A DNA stretch of 57,959 nt, counting the filler, from Callorhinchus milii (lineage: Eukaryota): NCBI RefSeq assembly GCF_018977255.1. It is 2 parts of 2 records of this genome, joined end to end, with 100 filler letters (N's around TTAATTAATTAA, not from the genome) between each part and the next. Parts side by side here need not be neighbours in the genome. Positions count along the whole stretch, not along the records: positions 29,092 to 57,959 come from NW_024705662.1; 1 more part is not named here. One strand, written 5' to 3'. Shown here piece after piece: positions 38,601 to 50,600 of this stretch (the stretch's first letter is position 1; every line of letters starts with the position of its first letter). Position numbers and translations under genes: made by a program. Under the pieces are notes generated by a model. That model saw only the letters and a list, made by a program, of their open reading frames with translations. It searched no databases and had not been told where the DNA came from.

Positions 38601-41600
38601 AGCGACACATTGTCGGAGGTTGTCATCAGTCTGGATGAGATGTTAACCGAGGTCCCTTCTGTGCCTGTTCAAGCGGATGTTAAAGATCCGACAGGACTAT
38701 ATGAAAAGAGAAGGGAGTTGCTCTAGGTGTCCTGGCCGACTATCTGTCAAATAAAACTGGTCATTCATTTTGTGGCTGCCTTGGGACTTTGCTGTGTGCG
38801 AAATGGCTGCCGGGTTCGCCCACAAAATACAGTCACTTCGCTTCACAGGACAGTCTTGTGAAGCGCTTTGAGATGGCTTCCTGACTTGAAAGATGCTGGT
38901 ACCAAATGTAAGGATTATTATAAAACACAAAATGCTGCGGATGCTGGAAATCTGAAACAAAAACAGAGATCGCCGGGAACACTCAGCAGGTCAGGCAGCA
39001 TCTATGGAGAAAGGAAAGTGAGTCAACGTTTACGGGTCCATGACCCTTCGTCAGAACTGGGGGACGTTGGGAGGGAGAGGTTTTAAGGACTAACAGAGAG
39101 GGGAGGTGGGGCAAGAAAGACAAAGAAGAAAATGGGGTGGAGGACAGGGGATGATGGCTTATAGAGGTGTTCATGATGTAAAACAAAGGAAGGCAGCAGA
39201 GGAAGATACAGAGATAGAAAAGGTGTGTTTGGGGCCCAGACAATAAGGATTATCATAGTCTGTCATGCAGAGGGTTGACAGAACGTGGACTGCTGTTTGG
39301 CTACTTGCAATGAAGCATGAGATGGTCATGTTCAGAAAGACAAAACTTGCTTTTATTATATTGAGCCGTGTTATGTCTCAAAGTGTGTCCCAGGTAGAAT
39401 TTCGAAGAGAAATGATGCCTTGCAGCCGGAACCGGGATAGCTGTTTGCATTTTGTGCCAGCGAGTTCCCACAGACAGATCAAATGACCCACAATGGTGCG
39501 TGGGGATCCAGTGTACAATCCCTGCATGACTAATTCTGAGCAAGAGAGCGAAGAACCCGATTTGGAAACAATAATGATAATCCTTGCATTTGATATAGCG
39601 CCTTATCACAATGTCGAGACCTCTCAGAGCGATTCACGGGCTATACTGTAAAGTGGAGTGACTGTGTATTTTGTGGGCGTCCTTCAGTTGGGGTGATGAC
39701 CCGGGGCACCAGGTTACCTCGTCGACCTCCCTCTTGTTTGAGTCGAAGGTGATGTTGAACAGGATCTTCAGGATCTCCATGGCCCGCTCGGTTTCCTGGC
39801 GGGGAAGGGGTGGGCCACCGCCATCGGTTGCCACCTCGTACGTGTCCAGCCACCTGACCCCCAGCGTGCTCTCCAGGGCGTCTGCCAGCAGGCTCACCCC
39901 CCGCAGCTCGTGGGCCAGCTGCTTGCGGATGTCCACCCGGAGAGCCGTGAAGAGGAAGAGCAGGCGCAGGTCGAAGAACTTGATGTCATGCGTCAGGTTC
40001 TTCTCATTGTACAGTTTCAGCCTGTCGGCCAGTCCCAGCACCAGCCGGGTTTCTGCGCAGACCTCCTGCGCCACGCAGCTGTTGAAGACGATGTTGCAGA
40101 GACACTTCAGAGCCTCCACGATGACGTCCAGGTCCGGCATCTCGTGGACACGTTCCTCGCGGTATTGTATCCCGCCATGCCTGGCCAGCGACAGCATAGC
40201 CCCCTTGCTGGTGAAGGGACCCAGGTTGCTCTTGTCCCTGGACAGGATACGCACGGTCTCCAGACAGGCTAACTGGCACGACGGCTGCAGGTCTCGCTCC
40301 AGGAACCTCATCACCAGCTCCCCCAGTTTCTGAAAGCAGGAGAGTAACCTCAGGAAAAACAACAACAGCTTGCATTCATATAGCGCCCTTCACGCGGGGC
40401 AGGGTCTCGGCGTGCTTAACAGCGGTCGAGCCGGGAGGAAGGAGGAGGCAGAGGAAGATCATTGACCTTTAAAAACACAGGCTTTGGAAGAGCACTCGCT
40501 TTTGGGGGAAACAAGTGATATGTGAGTGGTATCGCCTCGCACAGAAAATACAGTGAACTTCACTATAATGAATCCCATTGGGAGCAGCAGAAAAGATTGT
40601 TATATCGGGGTGTACATTATGGTCGGGTTTAGGCCATCAAAGAGGTGTAAAGCTCTTGCTGGGTCTTGCCGTTGGGATCATTAAAACCCAAGGTTTGTTA
40701 TGGTGGGGTTCGAATGTAGGACACAAACGACAACAACAACTTGCAGTTATCTAGTGCAGTGCTGATCGGCATCTATGGTGGACGACACAATACATTTTCT
40801 GGATCGAATATTTCTGGATTTATGCCATAAATGTGGGCCTCGTCGTGGGACCTATCCAAACCACTCCATCTCCCAGAGGGAGGACACCAATCAGAAGGAG
40901 ACTTTCCCGGAATATAAAGTGCTGCAAATTTTCTCCCCGGCTCTCAAAGGCAATCAAGTGAAACTCCAGGACATCACTTCAATTCCAGATTGTGCTATTC
41001 ACCTTACGGCTGCTAGGTTCTGTCAATGAATCAGCCATCACCCAAAAGCGCCAACTGGACCCAGGCTCCACACTGAATTCAATCATCCCTTGCTTTCCTC
41101 ATCAATCTCTTCAATCTCAAACTTAACCTGATATTTATCCAGCCTTTTATTTCAAAAGTTAACTCATTACATCGCCCATTTTTACACTCAATTTCTGGTG
41201 ATTTTTGTTTAACGATTCTTGAGGCCTCTGGAGAAGTGGTTCATCCTTTCAGGACTCAATGGCAAAAGGAACCCTGTTCCATATTTGATTCCTAAGATCC
41301 TGAGACACACCTGTGCTTCATCCTATTACCATCCTCTACGCTATAATCCATATTAATACTAAAGGGTCACTTAGTGAGGTAATGTGCTTCTATACTGCAA
41401 ATCTCGCATTAAAAGCGATTACTGTTCTGCCTTTGGAACCGTGATCTCTGACGCATTAGCTCAATCCCATAAGAACTCAATTGGCACATCTTCTTACCCC
41501 AGTTATAATTGGAAGTACACGGTACTAGGCGCATTCTTTGATCCTCCCTCTGCACAGAGTACACACCTCCCTTGGCCCCTTCTTGTTCCTATTCTTGCTG

Positions 41601-44600
41601 CTGTCTATGCTTTGTACAATGGGAGGCAAGTAACAGCTACATTTTCTCACACGAAAGTCGGGAGCCCATTCCGTCCTTTTGGCCAGTTTATTAGATCATG
41701 TGCGATCTTTTAGTCTCATTTTCCTGACTTTTCTCCATAACCCTTAATGCTCTAACCTCCCAAGTATCCAAGTCACAGTGTTTTAGGCGATTGAAGATTT
41801 AATTCAATCAAATCCCGGATTGGAAAGTGTGGAGCAGAGTTTGGCTACATTTTTGGAGCTGGAGTGAACCTCTCGGTTTGTACAGGGCTTATCTCAAGAG
41901 GTAATACAACAACAACAACTTGCATTTGTACAGTGCCCCTCACACTGGGTAGTGTCCCGATGTGCTTGTCACAATACAGTGTTCATTACTTTACTCACAC
42001 TTGGTAGTGTTTGCTAATAATAATCCTTGCATTTGATATAGCGCCTTATCATGCCATTGAGATGTCCCAAAGCGCTTCACAGGATTTACTGTGAATTGCA
42101 GTGTGTGTGTGTTTTGTAGACGAACGCAGCAGCCAATTTGCACACAACAAATGTCCCACAAACCTGGCACAGACCCACAATCCAGTACTCTGTGTATTGA
42201 CTGACGAATGAGTTCCACCTACACACTATAGGCAGATGCAATTGAGTGAAAAGCATAGACTGCTCTGCCAGCAAACAATGAATCAACCATTAAGTTCCAT
42301 TTAATATTACAGAATAATGGATACCTGAATGTGATTTTGAGGCAGAAATCAAAACAAGCGATTTGCACGTCACTGAAGATTTAACTTGATGTTCAGAAAC
42401 TAAGATGGCTACTGGATATCTAGGAATGATACCAATGCAATAAGTGAATGATAGCGTTCAGACGACATCATAGAGGAGTTACTTAAAATGGGAAAAATAA
42501 GATGAATAACAAATAACTGAGCGATATTGAAAGCCAATGAATTAATTACTCACTGGCTCTAGATGTCACAAATAATTCATTTCAAACCCCCCCCCAAAAA
42601 AAAAATTAGATTCTACTTTTGAAATTGCTTCCTGGTCACCTTAGCTGTAGATGTAATGTTTTAAGTTTAAGTTTAGGTTGTTTTTTAGTCTGTGTATGAA
42701 CTCTGGGGTTTAACGCACAAATTGTGCAAGCCAAGTGTAAATGAGGGTATGTGTAAACTGTGTGTAAATGTGTTAATCATGCTCGTTCTTACACGTGTTT
42801 TACACAATTTGCATAATACACTCCAACAACATAACACATGGTTTGCACACAACTCGCAAGGTAGAACCCAGAGGCTTTTAAACTGAACAACAAGCATCGC
42901 AGCAAACAACATCCTCAATGTGAGAGGATCAATCACTAAGTGGTAACCACTGGCACATCAGTGTGCAACCTGCAAAGTCTTCTCCCAGCTCTAGACTCAT
43001 TAGACTGAGCTCGCTCGTTCTACATTTTTTTTTGAAAAAGTATTTATAGTATAACAACAAAAATAAAGGACTTAAAAAAGTGACTTTAACCAAAAAGCAA
43101 TCAATCAAACAGGATGCACAAAGGTGACCTTTAGTAATTAATTTACTTAATTAAAAGGGGATTTATCCAGACACTGGGAGGCTCTGTCGGAATAAAAAGC
43201 AATCTGAGGCATGTGGGTTTTAATCCATTTAAGAGCAATTTGATTTGCTAAATAAATAGGGTTGTATCTCTTTTAAAATGTGACACTTGGGGAAAATAAC
43301 TCCCTTTTCCATCACATACTGAGATTAACAGCAACTTGGTCACTTTAGCTTTGACTCTCACTGAGGCCTTAAGCACATGTTCACGAAGGGTAATACGAGG
43401 GCAGACACCAGGCTGTTTTTGTTTATCCAGAGGGTAATTAACGATTGAAATAGATTGCCAGGAGTGGTGGTTGAGGCCAGGACACTGGACCCATTTAAGA
43501 ACTAGCTTGATGCTGTGATAGAAGATGGTGAGATGAGGATTATGAAAGGATGAGATCAAATGGGTCGAGGAACTTTCTTCATCCGAACCGCTCTTGTGAT
43601 CTTCACGATGTTAATTATAGTGGCAGTGATTATTAAAACAGACAGAAGAAGACTGCAACTTGCGTCACTAGTTGCAACAATTACACATTTCTATACGTCG
43701 CTGTTAAGCACTAGGTAGCCTGTGGCACAGAGGATTGCAATACCAGAATAATGCAAAAACGGAAAATAGTACATTGATATTGGCAATAAAAGTATTATCA
43801 ACGTGTTTGCTGCAGTGGTGGAGATTATGCAAGATGCTTGTTGATATTGCACACATCTGATAGAAATACTCTGTGCCACGAGAGGCTACACAGGGAAGCA
43901 TTAGGTTCAGCTGGCTGAATGTTAATTATAAAGTTCATTAAAATCTCTCCTCCTCGCACTCAATTCATTTTCAGTCACATCTTTGCAAGCAAAACCCCTT
44001 ACTGCGTGGCTCTGAAATCAAACACGTACATTACCAAGTTCCTTACATTCTCAGACAGGTGTCTCATTCAATTGTTTTATTACATTTCTCTCTCTCTCTC
44101 TGCACCCACTGTACAATTACACAGTAACTTTTCAGGGCTTGTTAATTGCATAATTAAGAGCACCTGCAATTCCCTCTGTACACATGGCGCATACTGCAGC
44201 TCTCTTTACTCTCCGTTTACATGCGGCACATCACATAGCTTTGCTCACACGTGGTTTGCACATGGCGAATAACAGTCCAGGGAGGTGAAGTCCTTCGTCC
44301 ATCCAGCCAATCTTCCCGGCCAATTCAGGTGTCAGCCTGGCTCAGCTGGTAGCACTAATTATTATATCAGATTTAGTTTGAAACATCACATTTTCACCCC
44401 AATGTGCTCGGTGCTCACCAGTGTTGACGGTCACACCAGTGGTTGTCTTTACATAGAATCAAATTGACTGATACAACATGGAAACAGGCCAATTGGCCCA
44501 ACAAGTCCGCGCGTCTCTGCTAATTAGATCAGGATTTACTTCAAGGAGAGCCTCATTATTTCAAGTCATCTTTCGAAATGTTACACTCTCTGCCCCCCAC

Positions 44601-47600
44601 CCCTTCCTTCCCCCGTTTTAAGTTCCGTGTCGGTTTGAATTTGTTTTGTTTAAAGGGCTGACGACTCAACAGAAATTCTTCCACGAACCTTACGCCACAG
44701 TGAAGGAAGTAATTCAGTGCCACGTCTGTTACAGGGGCAACATCCGTACGGCGGTGTGCACATGTATTTCGAAGCCATTGGCATCGTTGGAGTATTAGGC
44801 TGTGACTAATATTTTTAATATATATAATGAAGACGTTGCTCTTTGAATGCCGCAAGCTGATAACATAACTGACAAAGCTGCCTGACAGGAATTACTGACA
44901 CTCCGAGGGAGAGGAATTGTTGTGCACAATTGGAACAGAAAAGACTCCTCAGTCAATAACAGCTTTGCTGTCCAGCTCTGAATTTCCACCAGGTCAATTT
45001 TCCCCAACCACAACATCCTGTTTACACTGTTTACAACAACAACAACTTGCATTTATCTAGCGCTGCTCACACGCGGGGAGCTTTCTCAAAGCGCTTGTTT
45101 AACCAAACGTACATCGGATATTAACAATGGAGTGGGAGGAGGGGGGAGTTAAGACGTGAACACAGATCAGATTCTGTTAAAAGGGATGCTATAGGGAGCT
45201 CCCTTTTAATTGCTTGTGCTACAATTGTGACTATGTAAAGCACAAAGGGACAAGAGTGGAAATTGGTTGTACCCTAATATCACACTGAAGAGGGAAGAGG
45301 GTTTTGCTCAACTTTAATGGACTAGATTTCAAGCGTAGAAGTACTGAAGGGGTTAACTTAACGTTTTTACCTCCTCTTGTTGCTGCTCCTCATATGAAGT
45401 GCATGCGATGCGAGCGTAGAATTTCGCAGAAAAAGAAAACACATTGAATTATTAATGCGCTAACACCATTGTGGTGGTAAGAACAGATCTGCTGCTTTGG
45501 GCTAACTTCTGTTTCCCTTTGAAACCTTACAGCGTTTTAAATTGAACGAAAGTCCTCATCATTAGCAGACAATCTTGCACTTTTCTTACAATGGCTTAAC
45601 AAATGTTGCTATAGAGCTCTTGGCAGTGCTCTGTACAACACTGTGATGTCTATCTCCTGTTTGGCTCTCCCTGGAGCAGCAGTTTTGTATTGTACAACTT
45701 ACCTTTCTCTGTCCACGCTTCTCCACGTCAAACACGAAACATTGGGAATTCTGAAAGAGAGTGGCGAGAAATCCCAGTTACCAATGAAATAAAATCAACT
45801 TTACCGATAAAACAGGAAACGACTGAGAATTCTGAAAGAAAGTGGCGGGTTGTCATACAGGCTCAGTCGGTAGCAATCTCGCCTCCGAGTCAGAAGGTTG
45901 TGGGTTCAAGTCCCATCTTTGAACTCGAGTAGTCTAGGCTGACACTCCAATGCAGTGCTTGGGTAGTGCTGTATTGTTATGCCACTAAACCAAGGTCCCA
46001 TCTAACTGTTCAACAACATTTGTTATCTTTCATGTTGGGAGGACATAGGGATTTGGGATTTGGACCCAAGCACAGGGTTTGCGTTCGGGTGGGGGCATTA
46101 AAGATCTAGTGGCACTGATCGAAAAGTGAAAGGAGTTTCTCCTCAGTTTTACATCTGATCCAAAGGAAGACACCTTGGGTTGCCAGCAAAGACTATGAGC
46201 TCAAAGCTCTAACGTGGGGCTTGAACCTACAACCTCTTGACTCAGAGACAAGCGTGCTACTCACTGAGCCAGCCCGACACCTTCTGATATATGGAATTAT
46301 TGCTGGATTACTGGTTAAGCAAAGCTTTAGTTAACCCTCAATTCTCTTCTTCACAGTCTTCAGTCACAGAGGATCTTGTGGATCTAAGAATGCAGGATTC
46401 ACAAAAGGTCTGGCAATTCTCCCACAGATGGCATGTTTTTGGATTTGCAACTTATTCATAGACTGCAGAGTCTGCAGACATATTGTACAGCCATGAGCAC
46501 TGGTAAGTATCAGAGAATTACCTTCATAAAGAAAGCATTTGAAAGAAATTCTTCTGCAGTTAACGAAACTTGGCTGCAATACAACTCTGCCCAAACCACA
46601 GGAATTTCAATTTGCTGTAATTTATCCACAAAACTTAAGTAATGAAAATCACAGTGCCTTGCGATTTCATTTTGCACAACATGCCTCTTTTTGCTTTAGA
46701 CACTAGACATCAAAAGGGGTTGGGGGAATTGGCATTAACCCCAATGAAGGCGCTCTATTTGAGAACAGATGGACAATCGGGTTACCAGAAGACTTGGGCT
46801 CCTACACGTAGGCAGTGCTTACATTACCACAAGGGATGTGGAGTTCAGCACCACCAGACATCATTGGTTGCTCGTCCATGCAATTTAGCTGGCATATACC
46901 GCACCTTTTTAGGTAAAAATAATACATGAAACTCCAAAGGAAAAGGGCTCTGTAAAGAGTTATCCAGACTAGCAATTTAGGCATATGTATATATACATAA
47001 ATAAATGTGGCTGGGATATTGGCAGCATGGTGACTTGAGTGGTAGCGATAAGTTAAGCCAGGATTGAGATATCAGTAGTTTATTGTAGCCGGTCTCTTGC
47101 CTCTGCAAAAGTAAGACATATGGCTCACAAACTGCAAGATCCAAGGGTGGCTTTGACTGACAGACATATCTCTCAATACCTCTCCATTGTGTTTGACCTC
47201 CTTGCCTTCCTCTCTCGGATAGGTATGCCTCCCCTTCCCCATCTGCTCCAAGTTACCTTTTGGAAACACAGCACCATTCCATCCATTGGCTGCCATCTGT
47301 AAACCGGGTGATGTGTGCATCCCTTGTCAATAGTTTCCAATGTGTTTAAGCAGTAAATTTTTTTTGTTGTTTACGTGTGCGAGTATCACTGGCCCCAGAT
47401 AAATATTTTGCCAAGCAAGAAATCCCCTAAGTTGTTCTGGTATAAATATAGCACCATCACCGTCAAAACTCCCCTCTCGCAGGTAAAGCTCACTTGCGGT
47501 GCTCAGTGAAGACAAACAAAACTGCAAACTTGCATGTTAATCCTTGCTCGACTTCAAAAACTGCGGGGAAAAGTGAGTTTAACGGGATCGCTGGTTATCT

Positions 47601-50600
47601 CCTGCTTTTGGCAAACACAGTATCATGTCTTCGAGACGTCTCAAAGCACTTCACAGAATACACTGTTAAGTGAATTGACTGTATATTTTGTGGGCGAAAC
47701 ACAGCAGCCAATTGCGTACAGCAATATCCCACAGACAGTTGTGGATTGAGTGACCAATTTTTTTTGAGGGATTATTACCCCCGGAAAAGCGATCTGCCAA
47801 TTGACCAACAACCTGGTTCCTACTTACTGCTAGGTAAACAGAGGTGTGTGAATAAGAAAACTTTTCCATCGTTTTGCCCTGCCCAGGAATCAAACCCAGG
47901 TCCTCTCGCTTGCGAGGTGAGTGCCCTTACCACTAAACTACAGGAAAGATTGAATGAAATTAAAGCACACAAAGAAACATGTTGTGAAGTAGCTTTGATT
48001 GATAGATCTATCTCCACTGAGTTGACCTCTAAGCTGTCCTCTCTACAATAGGCCTGCCTGCCATTCCCATCTGATAATAGAGTTCTCTTTTTAAATGGAA
48101 ATGACTCGGACAATTGTAAAACCATTTCTGCCTTGAAATTGCCAATAAGCTATGGAGCCGCTATCTTTCAGACGCTTCATTCTCACCTGCTCACTCTGTA
48201 ATCGCTTCAGCGATCTTCCTCTATTCCCAGAAGACTATAGGATTTCTATGACTTGATGGCCATGCTCCACCGAATTTCACCCAACCTCCTGAGACAAGAT
48301 GTTATTGCTATGCTCATCACTGTGTCAACAACAACCATCAGTACAGACGTAATGCCTTCACCCACCATATCCTCCTCTGGAATCCAAACTCAAAGTCCCA
48401 TTATTCTCCCCTCCCTCTCTGCTCTCCGTTTTCTATCCCGTCTTTTGGATCAAAAACTGAAGACCTTCCTCTCCGACTGTGCTTACAGTCACCTCCCCCT
48501 GGTTTGGCGTCAGGCTCTGCCACTGTTAAGCGCTCCGAGACACTGACCCGTGTGAAGGACACTATATAAATACAAGTTGTTGTTGTTGTTGTCCCAACTC
48601 AGTTGAGGCTGAATATTTTTCTCTCGGCTGCGTCATGCAATCGCCAGCACTCAGGAGAGATCCACTCATAGAGCCGTATAAATTATTGAAGGAGGCTATA
48701 TGCCTCCAAACATTTATTCTAATGCTAACTCCTCCATTGCCGCTCACCTACTCTATTCCCAATTCCCTGCTCTTTCCTTGTCCACTTGCATTTTGTTTCT
48801 CGACACAATAGGCTGTCTGGATTCCTCCTCTCTCTGTCCTAACCCACCCTCCCCAATGAGTATTCAACATTTTTATTAAACTTTGTTTCACCTCCTCAAA
48901 GGGACAGAAATGAAACCAGTGAAATGAACGTTCTTTCACATCACGGTTATTGAAAAGTAAATGGCAACTAATTCTCTGCTTGGGAAAAAGCAGGTTATTC
49001 TCAATGTTCTCTTTGCTTTATGATAGTAAGGGTTTCCATTCCTTTGTATTAACAAACAAACCACCATAACAACTACTTACATTTGTATAGCGCTTTTCAG
49101 GGAGAACAACTCAAGGCATTGGACCACCAAGGATTTGCACCTGAGCTGGGGGTTGGGATCAGAATGGATGCGGGGCAGGGTGGGTGACCGAAGGCGTAGT
49201 CGAAGAGGAAGGTCTTGAAGAGGCAAAGGGACTGTGGGACGGAGTTCCAAAGAGTAGGGATAGAGAGACTGAAGGCTCGACCGCCGATGATCAGTTGAGC
49301 AGGTTGGGGGACACGGAGCAGGCCAGAGCCCACTGAGAGGAGGGAGCTCACAGAAGTAGGGAGAAGCAAGGCCGCGGAGGGCTTTGAAAGCGAGGACGAG
49401 GATTTTGAACTCCATCCTGTGAGGGATTAGGAGCCAGTGGAGCCGGTCGAGGATGGGGGTGATAGGGTCACGGAGCCTGGTGCAGCAGAGGACATGGACT
49501 GCAGAATTCTGAATAATCTGATTCATTGAGTCGTTTTCTCTGCAACACAACTGCTAATGTAAATGCTTGTCGCCTTCACACAGGTTTGGCCCAGCCAGCT
49601 CTTAAGCTCTTCCCTTTGAATCGTCTCTCACGACCTGGTCTATCAATGTCCAACAAGAGCACAGCTTGTTGCAGGTCAGTTAATAGACGTGCACACGTTA
49701 ATATGTCAACGGGTTTGCCAGCTAGTGATTATTCCAAACAGCAACAGAGATGGCAATTTCTGTACTAATTAACAGAAGACAAAACTCAGATCCAGCGCCG
49801 ACCTGCACTTCTTAGAGGTTTAACCTTTTAAAGCAACATGCTGTTGACACACGAGTGCCTGTGTACCTGGAGGAACTCAATGTGGTGCCGCAAAGTGGGC
49901 AGAGACACAATTAATTTAATATAATAATCCTTGAATTTGATATAACGGCTTTTCACAGTAAAATTAACTGACTATATTTTGTGGGCAAAACGCAGCAGCA
50001 ATTGCGCACAGCAGTGTTCCACAAACAGTCGTGGGACTGTATCACACTTATCACATTGAGACTGAGTGACCATGTTGTTATTAATTATTTTGAATAGATT
50101 TTTAATACCATCTCAACCACATCATAAGGCTCTCCAGGGCGCTACCCCACATGAAGGGCGCTATATAAATGCAAGTTTTTGTTGTTATAAGATGCTACAT
50201 CAAATGCAAGGATTATTAGTATTATTATCATCATCTAGCTTCACAAAGGTAACTCCACTCCAAAACACCCACCCTTCATCTCAAACAAAATTGGTTCATT
50301 TCTTAATTACCTTTCAGCTCCAAATCTTTGACTGTGCTAACACACCTGCTGGCTGATTTACTTGTACAGGGTTCAGCCGTGGTCACACAAACTCCCAATT
50401 ACCATTTCAACACAGAGGATTTTTCACCAAGGCCAGATTGCCTTTTAACTTTGGGCAGACTGCAGCTATTCTCACCTCTAACCTGCAGTCCTAGCACCGC
50501 ACAAATCGCTCCCTACTTCTGGAGTGCAATTTACTGTAAAGTGAGGTGACTGTGTATTTTATTTGTAGCTGAATTCTGCAGGCAATTTGCATACAGCAAT

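Noticed and set aside
39671..40375. Overlapping plus-strand and alternate-frame ORFs over RIC8A exon 3
   Set aside because: Antisense or shifted shadows of a GC-rich coding exon.
47876..47947. tRNA-Ala-like sequences here and at 54158-54230
   Set aside because: Acceptor stems do not pair well and both run directly into SINE bodies, so they are SINE heads rather than tRNA genes.
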